Assembly: GCA_043822305.1 (NCBI GenBank)
Contig: JBDRBU010000084.1
Location: 1-25,041, forward strand
Direction: 5' to 3'
From: Candidatus Firestoneibacteriota bacterium
GTDB lineage: Bacteria > Oederibacteriota > D2-FULL-39-29 > JBDRBU01
DNA length: 25,041 bases
Both the position numbers and the translations under genes were made by a program. Positions 8,652 through 17,300 of this stretch are shown here, in pieces (position 1 is the stretch's first letter; each line of letters opens with the position of its first letter). Below the pieces are notes generated by a model. It saw only the letters and a program-made list of their open reading frames with translations. It ran no database searches and had not been told where the DNA came from.

Positions 8652-11501
8652 CATTGATGATTTTCGGTATTCGGAAGGAGACAAGCCATTGATTTTTTTA
8701 AAGACTTTGGAAAAGTAATTTGTATTCTTAAAACCACATCTCATAGATGCTTCGTTTACATTTAATCTTATATCTTTTAAAAGTTTCTTTGATTTTTCAA
8801 TTCTTAAATATGTCAAATACTCAAAGATTGTTTTTCCAGTTTCTTTTTTAAAAACTCTTGACAAATGAAAGGGAGATAATTTTAAAAAATCGGATACAGT
8901 AGTTAATTTTAATGGTTTATGTAAATTCTCTTCTAAAAAATTAATCGTATTACTGGCTAAATGCGAATAAAGTGGTTTTGTTTCTAAACTTTTTAGTTCA
9001 ACAGCAGCATTCTTTAAACTAATATACGGTTCTATTTTATTATTTAAAGTGTTCCAAATCGCATTTCTTAAAACTGGAAAAATTTTCTCAAAAGAAGGAA
9101 TTTTATGAATATTTTTTATTTTCACCTCTTCAAAAAATTTGGGAGCATCCTTATAAAAGGGCTTATCTTTTAATACATCTTTATCAAAACAAATGCTCTT
9201 CCTTGCAGAAAAACTACCTCCACCCAGAAGTTCTACTTTCTTTTGATTTTCAAAACTTGTAAAAAATTTAAGCAATTCTATGGATGACTGAGGGAAACTC
9301 ACCGATTTAGAAATTCCATATGCAAATTCCCAAATTACTGTAGTCGCTTCTTTTCCTTCTTCTCCCAGAGGGATACGCATTAAATCTAATTTATACTTAG
9401 TATTATTAAATATTTCTTTTAGTAAAAGCGAGGAACATAAAAAAAATATCATATTACCTTCACACAATTTTTTAATTTTTTCATTTCCCCTTAATCTTAA
9501 TATTTCTTCAGGAACAATCTTAAACTTATATATTAAATCCTGTATGAATTGCAATGTATCTACAACATTTTTTTCTAATAGCCCTAATTTCCCGCCTTTT
9601 TTGTAAATCTCTCCATCATTATTATATAAAAGTGATAAAAATAAATTAACTAAATTATTTCCGTCTAAAGGAAACCACATTAAACCCGATAAATTGGGAT
9701 TATTTTCTTTTTTTATAATAATCTCTACTTGTTTTATCAATTCATCCCATGTTTTTGGAGGCAAAAATCCATATTTTCTTAATAGGTCTTTCCTGTATAC
9801 AATTAACTCACATTTTATATCATCCGGGATAGCATAAAGGCACCCCCCAAAAGAACATCCCTCTAATCCTGCATGAAAAAAATCTTTTTTATCTTCGTCA
9901 CTTAAAACATTGTCTAATTCCAATAGAAACTTATCTTTAGCCAGAAGTTGCATAGTATTAAACTCTAAAGGGACTACTCCAATATTTTTATTAGATGTTA
10001 TGTTCTCTTTTATATAAGGAAGATTATCCCAAGTATCTATATCTAATATTTCCACCTTAATGTCTGGATGAATTTTTTGAAAATCGTTAATTATATTTTC
10101 TATCGCTTTACCCTTATATGTTATTAGTTTTATCTCTATTTTTTTTGCACTACCACTTAAAATATTCTGGTATATTTCAAGACTCTTTCCTGTACGAATT
10201 TCATTATTGTCTATTAGTAGTTCTCTGACGGACTTATCACAATCTATATTACTTGCTTTTATTACATAAATTATTTTTCTAATTCTATTTTCTATCTCTG
10301 TATATTTCAACAAAATGACATTGTCTGCTATTTTAAAAATTTCTTCTTCGCTATTTACAGTATTCAATGTAAGCAATAAACCTTTTTCTAAAAACATTGT
10401 TTTTAAAATCTTTATTACTTTAAAGAGAATTATTCCTTTATTTTCAAATTCTTTAATCTCGTCTATGACAACTCTTTCAATATTTGAATTTGCTAATTTA
10501 AAAATCTTATCAAGAATCTCTTCAATAAATAAATCTTGCGAAATATTCAAAATTTCTAATGTCCCTTTATTTAAAACTTCTTTTAAATTGAAATTTATTA
10601 AATTAGCCGTTCTGGCTAACTTTTCCATTTCAATATCAAAACCTATATATAAACATTTTTCTTTGAATTCTATCCCTGTCTTCAAAAATTTCAAAGAAAA
10701 TAAGGTTTTACCAATACCAGATTGTCCTCCTATTAAACTAATTTCCCCTTTTAAAAATCCTCCATCTAAAACTTCATCTAACTTACTTATGCCTGTTTTA
10801 ACTTTAATATAACTTTTTTTTATGGATTTTTGAGAAAGTTCCCTTGTCAAATGCTCAAGATTAGGATATACCTTTAATCCATTATTAGTAATTTTTAACA
10901 AATGCTTCCCCTCAGAAAAGGGGCTCCATCTTGATTTTAAAACACTGATAGTTCTCTTAAACGGTTCTTCATTTATTCCAAGTTTAATAATTATATCAAC
11001 CAAGCAATCTAAATAATGAAACATATTCTCATTATTTATTAAAAGGACAGATATATTCTCGTTCTTGATTTTTCTTAAGAATGAAAGAAGTATATTATGA
11101 AATTTAACGGCATCTTTTGATATGTGATATAATGGATTAATACTGTCTATGACAATTCTTTTTATCTTATATTTTCTAATTAATTTGTAAAGAAAACTGC
11201 TTTTAAAATTAAACATACTTTTATAAACATTTATAACATCGGAAACAATGAAGAGTCTTTTTTGTTTTTTTAAACCAGAAAAATTCCAATTAAAATTTTT
11301 TGCATAATAATTTAAAATTTCTTCTTCTGTATTACTAAAAGATAAAAATATAGATGGTTCATTGGATTTATATATAAATTGTAATCCAAACATAGTCTTA
11401 CCGGTTCCAGAAGAACCTTCAAGGAGTATTGAACCACCTGGCAAGATTCCTTCATGCAATAATCCATCTACTCCTATTTTCATGGTATCATCTCTTGACA
11501 T
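8649..11501 (-). CDS. Fusion of double KaiC/RAD55-like ATPase, family-1 solute-binding domain and AraC HTH (putative one-component transcriptional regulator)
   Basis: Walker A GSSGTGKT (aa 29-36) and GQSGIGKT (aa 259-266); Walker B RIVIDS and RVVIDE; KTGISKLDEVLDGG; ILSGSA at the end of CII. SBP motifs FQKIHPDIKVE, LYAIP, YRKDLLRKYGFLPPKTWDEL (aa ~455-838). AraC motifs LSPFHLSRVFKKETG and CGFKNTNYFSKVFKKINGLSPSEYR (aa ~848-946). No signal peptide. Confidence 0.9.
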   Translation of the reverse strand: MSRDDTMKIGVDGLLHEGILPGGSILLEGSSGTGKTMFGLQFIYKSNEPSIFLSFSNTEEEILNYYAKNFNWNFSGLKKQKRLFIVSDVINVYKSMFNFKSSFLYKLIRKYKIKRIVIDSINPLYHISKDAVKFHNILLSFLRKIKNENISVLLINNENMFHYLDCLVDIIIKLGINEEPFKRTISVLKSRWSPFSEGKHLLKITNNGLKVYPNLEHLTRELSQKSIKKSYIKVKTGISKLDEVLDGGFLKGEISLIGGQSGIGKTLFSLKFLKTGIEFKEKCLYIGFDIEMEKLARTANLINFNLKEVLNKGTLEILNISQDLFIEEILDKIFKLANSNIERVVIDEIKEFENKGIILFKVIKILKTMFLEKGLLLTLNTVNSEEEIFKIADNVILLKYTEIENRIRKIIYVIKASNIDCDKSVRELLIDNNEIRTGKSLEIYQNILSGSAKKIEIKLITYKGKAIENIINDFQKIHPDIKVEILDIDTWDNLPYIKENITSNKNIGVVPLEFNTMQLLAKDKFLLELDNVLSDEDKKDFFHAGLEGCSFGGCLYAIPDDIKCELIVYRKDLLRKYGFLPPKTWDELIKQVEIIIKKENNPNLSGLMWFPLDGNNLVNLFLSLLYNNDGEIYKKGGKLGLLEKNVVDTLQFIQDLIYKFKIVPEEILRLRGNEKIKKLCEGNMIFFLCSSLLLKEIFNNTKYKLDLMRIPLGEEGKEATTVIWEFAYGISKSVSFPQSSIELLKFFTSFENQKKVELLGGGSFSARKSICFDKDVLKDKPFYKDAPKFFEEVKIKNIHKIPSFEKIFPVLRNAIWNTLNNKIEPYISLKNAAVELKSLETKPLYSHLASNTINFLEENLHKPLKLTTVSDFLKLSPFHLSRVFKKETGKTIFEYLTYLRIEKSKKLLKDIRLNVNEASMRCGFKNTNYFSKVFKKINGLSPSEYRKSSM

Positions 11502-11526
11502 TTGACATATCGCCTTTTATAAAGAC

Positions 11527-11591
11527 AGGGTCTAAAGACCCTTGACTACTCAAAATTTGTTAATGGAGTCGGGGTCGTCTCTGACCCTAAC
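11527..11591. repeat. Pair of divergently oriented REP-like palindromes
   Basis: Minus strand GTAG-TCA-AGGGTC-TTTA-GACCCT (11549-11527); plus strand GGAGTCGGGGTC-GTCTCT-GACCCTAAC (11565-11591), a degenerate hairpin. Confidence 0.5.
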
Positions 11592-11711
11592 ATACCTTCT
11601 CTAATCCTATAATATAATAAAATATAGATTTTTCAAATGTTTTTATGTATCTTCTGGATTTTTCTATCTCTTCGTTGTATTTTTGCAAAAAGATTTCTTT
11701 ATTTTCCATAA

Positions 11712-12761
11712 TTACCCATAGTTTAATATTTTTGTTTTACCTTTTAAAGCCATTAAAGCTCCTGCGGCCAGAGATTCCATTTCTTTTTCTCCTAGATAAA
11801 CATAAACAGGTGCTATATATTTTATCTTTGGTTTAATTAATTTAATTAACATTTTACTTCTGGCTAAATTTCCGGCAAGGATAATGGCCGATACTTTTCC
11901 ATTTAAAACTGTAGCCATAGAACCAATATACTTTGCAATATTATAAGCCATGGCTTTAAAAATTAATTTTGCTTTATTATTTCCTGTTTTTATCATTTTT
12001 TCTATCTTTTTGCCGTCATTTGTACCCAGATTGGATACTAATCCACCTTCTCCGACAAGCATAGATAAAATCTGTTTTTTACTGTATTGGCCAGAGAAAC
12101 ACATATCAACTAATTGTTTAGATGGTAAACTTCCGCTTCTTTCCGGGCTAAACGGGCCTTCTTCTAAAGCATTATTTACATCTATAACTTTTCCACGCTT
12201 ATGAACACCTATAGATATTCCACCACCCAGATGGGCCACTATCAAATTATCTTTACCAAATCTTTTGGCAACTGCTTTTTGGTTTAATGCATGAAATATA
12301 CTTTTCCTTTTAATCCGAGATACCCCGGTAATTCTTGCTTCAGGAATTAGCTCATCTACAGTAACCGGGTCTACTATGAACGATGGAATCTTGAGTTTTT
12401 CTGAAATCTTATATGATAAAATTGCACCCAGATTAGAAGCATGACTTCCGTATTTTGCCTTTTTTAAATCTTCCAACATTTTCTCGTTTATCTTGTAAAC
12501 ACCGCCTTTTAATGGTTTAAGTAACCCGCCTCTTCCGGCTATTACATTAATATCATTTAATTTAAAATTAATATTTTTTAACCATTGGATAATAAGATTT
12601 AACCTGTATCTCCATTGACTGTAAATAGTTGGGAATTTTTTCAAGAATGTATTAGAATGAGAAATCCCTATATTTTTATACAATTTATCATTTTTAAAAA
12701 TTGCTACTTTTGTTGATGTCGAACCTGGATTTATAACTAAAATATTAATTTGTTTTTTCAT
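11712..12761 (-). CDS. buk: Butyrate kinase (branched-chain carboxylate kinase)
   Basis: ILVINPGSTSTKVA, GRGGLLKP, HASNLGA, IVDPVTVDE, FHALNQKAVA, IVAHLGGGIS, GPFSPERSG. Start moved from the track's 12785 to the ATG at 12761 (MKKQINIL), which has a GGAG RBS. Confidence 0.95.
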   Translation of the reverse strand: MKKQINILVINPGSTSTKVAIFKNDKLYKNIGISHSNTFLKKFPTIYSQWRYRLNLIIQWLKNINFKLNDINVIAGRGGLLKPLKGGVYKINEKMLEDLKKAKYGSHASNLGAILSYKISEKLKIPSFIVDPVTVDELIPEARITGVSRIKRKSIFHALNQKAVAKRFGKDNLIVAHLGGGISIGVHKRGKVIDVNNALEEGPFSPERSGSLPSKQLVDMCFSGQYSKKQILSMLVGEGGLVSNLGTNDGKKIEKMIKTGNNKAKLIFKAMAYNIAKYIGSMATVLNGKVSAIILAGNLARSKMLIKLIKPKIKYIAPVYVYLGEKEMESLAAGALMALKGKTKILNYG

Positions 12762-13662
12762 GTTTCTCCGAATAAACACACCCAAGCATTATTGATAAAA
12801 ACTTTGACATTTTATCATCGGTTCTTGATGGAATAACCAAAGGTATAGAAGCACCAATAACCAAGCTGGCTACTTTTGCTCGGGCAAAGTATGTTAAGGC
12901 TTTATATAAAATATTGGCTGATTCAATATTTGGAAGTATTAATATATCGGCCTGACCAGCTACCTCACTTTTAATTCCTTTTACTTTGGCACTACTGACA
13001 GAAATAGCATTATCTAAAGCAAAAGGACCTTCAATGGTTGCATCTTTAAATTTGCCTTGTTTTGATACCTTGGTAATTAAATCTGCATCTATAGTCGCCG
13101 GTATGGAAGAAATTACTTTTTCAACTGCTGATAGAATCGCAACTTTCGGATTTTTAATATTTAATACCTTCGCCAGATTTATGGAGTTTTCTATTATTTC
13201 CATTTTCCTATTAAAGTCTGGCTGTATATTAACACCGGCATCAGTAATTAAAAGAACTTTTTTATAAGTTGGAATATCAAAAACAGCCACATGACTTAAT
13301 ATTGATTCTCCTTTTAATCCCTTCTCTTTATTTAAAACAATGTGCAATAAAGTATTGGTCTTTACCATTCCTTTCATTAATATATTGAACTCTTTATTCC
13401 TGACAAGTTCTATTGATTTTTCAATTGCTTTATATTCGTCTTTTTCATGTATTAGATCATACTTGAAATCAATATTCTTGGTGATTAATTTTTTTATTTT
13501 ATTTTTATCTCCGACAAGGGTAGGATAAATTACTTTATGTTTATAGGCAAGGGCTAAGGCTGAAATTGTAGAATCCTCATATGGCAGAGGAATTACTAAT
13601 TTTCTGGGTGAGCTAAACTTTTTAACAATTGGATTAAGTAAATTAAATATTTTAGATTTCAT
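12745..13662 (-). CDS. ptb: Phosphate butyryltransferase (PTA/PTB family)
   Basis: ILMKGMVKT, LSHVAVF, ITDAGVNIQP, PKVAILSAVEKV, EGPFALDNAIS, VAGQADILILPNIESANILYKAL, SRTD; overlaps the buk start. Confidence 0.92.
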   Translation of the reverse strand: MKSKIFNLLNPIVKKFSSPRKLVIPLPYEDSTISALALAYKHKVIYPTLVGDKNKIKKLITKNIDFKYDLIHEKDEYKAIEKSIELVRNKEFNILMKGMVKTNTLLHIVLNKEKGLKGESILSHVAVFDIPTYKKVLLITDAGVNIQPDFNRKMEIIENSINLAKVLNIKNPKVAILSAVEKVISSIPATIDADLITKVSKQGKFKDATIEGPFALDNAISVSSAKVKGIKSEVAGQADILILPNIESANILYKALTYFARAKVASLVIGASIPLVIPSRTDDKMSKFLSIMLGCVYSEKHEKTN

Positions 13663-14140
13663 CGCCTCTTTTTAATGCAATCTTTCCGGTTCTGGCAATA
13701 CTTTTTATCCCAAACGGTATTAAAAGTTTAACAAAACCATCTATTTTTTCTGCATCTCCACTCATTTCAATCGTAATAGTAGTATTGCCAACTCCTACAA
13801 CATTTGATCTAAAGATTTCAGATATTTGCATGATTTGAGAGATATTATCCTTAGAAAATTTAACTTTTATTAAAACTAATTCTCTATTTATAAACTCTTT
13901 TCTTGTTAAATCATCAAGTATTATAACTTCTTTTAATTTTTTAACTTCTTTTTCGGCTAATCTTATTTTTCCTTCTTCATCATAAACAACAATAATTATT
14001 CTTGAAACCCCACTATTTTCTGTTTCTCCGGCTGATAAACTTTTTATATTTACTTTTTTCTTAGCAAAAACTCCAGCGATTTTGCACAAAACTCCAGATT
14101 GATTACTGACTAATCCAGATATAGTATGTTCTCTTTTCAT
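13652..14140 (-). CDS. ilvN: Acetolactate synthase small (regulatory, ACT-domain) subunit
   Basis: HTISGLVSNQSGVL..IAGVF...VNIKSLSAGETE..SRIII, RELVLIKV, FGIKSIARTGKIAL; 162 aa; GGGAGG RBS; overlaps the ptb start by 11 nt. Confidence 0.9.
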   Translation of the reverse strand: MKREHTISGLVSNQSGVLCKIAGVFAKKKVNIKSLSAGETENSGVSRIIIVVYDEEGKIRLAEKEVKKLKEVIILDDLTRKEFINRELVLIKVKFSKDNISQIMQISEIFRSNVVGVGNTTITIEMSGDAEKIDGFVKLLIPFGIKSIARTGKIALKRGDEI

Positions 14141-14155
14141 ATGGATTTTCCTCCC

Positions 14156-14318
14156 TTAGTCTTCCATGCTTGGTGGGAAAAGTTCTATTTCTTCTCTAAC
14201 ACCACATCTATATGCCATTACATTAATCTCCTTTTTTTACTTTAGTTTATACTATCTGCTATTATATCCCAATATGATATTACTTTTCTATAAAAAAATT
14301 TCATTGCGACACAGTCTC
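14156..14318 (-). mobile_element. Probable IS1182-family left-end remnant: terminal repeat, RBS and first 20 transposase codons
   Basis: Mini-ORF 14218..14156 MAYRCGVREEIELFPPSMED* with AAGGAG RBS resembles IS1182 transposase N-termini as I recall them (MAYRYG.R.Q..LFP.SIEDY). Upstream GAGACTGTGTCGCAA (14318-14304) resembles IS1182-type ends. TATAAT at 14266-14261. Not database-confirmed. Confidence 0.55.
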
Positions 14319-14323
14319 AATGA
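14292..14323 (-). terminator. Possible intrinsic terminator downstream of the 1290-aa gene
   Basis: Minus strand TCATTGAGAC-TGT-GTCGCAATGA (9/10 stem) followed by AATTTTTTT, about 50 nt after the stop; overlaps the putative IS end. Confidence 0.45.
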
Positions 14324-14371
14324 CAAAAAAATACCTTTTGCCATAACGGTGTTCAGTAAGGATTACTTCTT

Positions 14372-17300
14372 CTATTTCACTACAAATTTTCCTACTTTTC
14401 TTCCACAGCTCTCATCTGTGATTAAAAATATATATATTCCTCTCTTTATTACCTCTCCAACTTCATTTTTCCCATCGAATTCTATTCTTCCATCGTTTCC
14501 TGAATTACCTATTGTGTCTGGTAGTATCTCTTTGACTAACTCACCTGAGATCGTATATACCCTTAATCTCGGATTTGCTGTTAAATTTACAAATTTTACA
14601 ACTCCAGTTCCCAGACTAAAATCAATTGGATTTGGATAGACAACGACATCATTCAAATTATTTGATGGCTCTACATACTGCACAATCCTGAATATTGAAA
14701 GAGATGAAACCGCAGTTTCTACTTCTTTATTGGCCGTGTCTACATTGCAATCACTACTAACATATTCCCATTTGCCTTCATTATTTAATCTAACTGTTCT
14801 AAACTTCTTCTCTATGACAGAATCATCTATACCACTATAACTCATAGTTAGACTTAAACTTTTTCCATCACTAATTTCTGCTTCTGTAGATTCTATTTTT
14901 CGGACAGTATTATCCAAAATCACATTTATCTTCATATTCAGATATTTTAACTTGTCTGCTTTGCTAACTTTTTCTAAATCTGAATCAGTTAATCTATCTT
15001 CTATTATTATTGCTGTATCTTCACTAAATGTATTTGCCGGAATACTTAAACTTACCCCGGATTTTGAAAAACTATAATCCGCATCTGCTTTAAATAAAAT
15101 ATCGTATTTTGGCCCTTCGAGGCTACTTGTTCCTCCTACTGTTTCTACTATAACTGGATATCTCCCTGTATCTAAACTTTTTAATAATATAATCGAATGA
15201 AAAATATTATTATCATCAAATACATTATAACCACTTAAATCTATATTGTTTATTTTAATACTAATTACTTGTGAAGAAGGTGTCCCCCCAAAAAATCCTG
15301 TTCCTTTAATATCTATGGTTACATCTTCTTCTCTACTACCTTTATTAGGAGTTATCTGAGTAACTACAGGGATTGGAGTAGCAACATTAAAATTAATTAC
15401 CTCTGTGGAAGAACCTCCTCCTGTAGTTACCTTAACATTATATATTCCAACTAAAAGACCGGATGGAACTACTCCAGTTCCTGAAGTATCAGAAACCACA
15501 GTACAATTAATAAGATCTGTAGATAGTGCTCCTTTTGATAATGTTATGGCTCTTATATCAGGAAGACCATATGTTCCACCAAAGAAAACAGAGCCAGCAA
15601 GTGAAATAGTAGTTGAATTTGCATTTGAACCAGCATTAGGTGAAATACTTGTTAAATGCGGCAAATCTGTTGTTGATATCCATTTTTGCGAAGATGCCAC
15701 ATTCGTCCCGTTTAATGTTGTTACTCTTATATCGTATGTTCCGGCTAATATCCCCCCTGGTATCATTACATTATCTATGCTTGTATCATCCACAAAATGA
15801 AAGGTAGATATCGTAACTTCCATTATTCCAGAAAGAGACATGCTTGTCCATCCAGTAAAATTATTTCCGGTTATGGCTAAACCAGTATGCTGAATTAAAT
15901 TTGAACCAGTAATTTTTGAAATTGTAGAAACTGTTGGCATGGCTGTAACTTTGTATTGGACTGCGCTTGTTGCAACTCCTCCACCTGTTGTTACTTTCAC
16001 ATCATATGTTCCTACGGCAACACTTGACGGAACTATACAATTTATTATACTTGTATCATTTGAAACAGTTCCTTTGGTTATGGTGATACTAGCACCTAAC
16101 TTTATCTCTCTTATATCATCCGTTCCTGTGCCCCCATGAAATCCAGAACCATATATAGATATAGTAGATGTTTGATAAAGATTATTTCCTGTGTCTGGAA
16201 CTAAATTTGTAACTGTTGGAATAACTGTGGTTGTCACTGTAAACTTATTTACACTCGTTGCATTATTCCCTCCAGAAGATGTGCTAACCCTGACATTATA
16301 AGTTCCGGCATGACATTGTGCAGGTATTACTGCTCCGGTTATTATCGTCTCTGCTACATTTGATGATATAAATGTTACATTTGTTTGATACAAGCCATCT
16401 ATACTTGCTATCTTTATCCATTCTACATCTGATGAAGAACTTCCTCCCCAAAAAGCAGTTCCATTTATATCTAATGTAGTTGGTTGATTATTAGGTGCTG
16501 TTGTTGAACTTAATGTTGTAACTGTTGGATTTGTTACTATTCTTAATTGGACTGTACTTGTGGTATTATTTTCTCCACCTGTATATACCTTCACATTGTA
16601 TGTTCCTAATACTACTCCAGAAGGCACTATGCAATTATTGATTTGTGTATCAGAAACTACTGTTCCTGTTGCAATTTGTGTATTTGCACCATCTGATAAT
16701 CTTATATCTCGGACATCCTGAACTGGATTTGTCCCTGAAGTTGTCCCACCAAAAAATCCTGTTCCATGTATTGCAATTTCTGTTACACCTGTGTTTCCTG
16801 CTCTATCAGGAACTAAATTCATAACAGTTGGAACAATATTCGTAGTTACAATAAACTTTTGTGAACTGGTTGTATTTGTGCCTTTTGATGTTGTTACTTT
16901 TATATTATAAGTTCCTGCTTTAACTCCAGCAGGGACGATTGCATTTGAAATTATTAAATCAGTTATAGTTGCCGAAAAAATATTTAAAGCCGTATTAAAA
17001 GTATCATCTAATTTGACACTTGTTATATCACTGCTATAAACTCCTCCAAAAAATCCCTGACCAGTGATTGTTACTGTAGTAGGAGTAGAATTTTCTCCTG
17101 TTGTTGGTGAAATACCTGTAACTTTTGGAGAAAATCCTAATTTTGAAAATCTTATAATGTATGGATTTGCAGTGCCTTCATACCAAAATACAGGAATAAT
17201 AGCATTGTCCCCTCCTATTGAGTAAGGAACTGCTGAACGATAGTTATTGCCACCACTACTATATAGAGTAGTAGTACTATCCCAACTCCCATTGTATTTT

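Noticed and set aside
8649..11501. Calling the fusion a true circadian clock kaiC, or an ABC transporter binding protein
   Set aside because: Phosphosites and catalytic EE pairs appear absent, no kaiA/kaiB nearby, no export signal and no permease genes.
12762..12785. ORF-track start of buk at 12785
   Set aside because: The ATG at 12761 has a GGAG RBS and gives the usual N-terminus just before ILVINPGSTST.
10315..13528. Plus-strand ORFs 10315..10812, 11645..11836, 11950..12204, 12986..13267, 13340..13528
   Set aside because: Antisense to well-supported genes, low-complexity F/I/L/S composition typical of the reverse strand of AT-rich genes.
14156..14218. ilv attenuator leader peptide
   Set aside because: Not enriched in Ile/Leu/Val runs, and there is no room for a terminator between it and the ilvN RBS.
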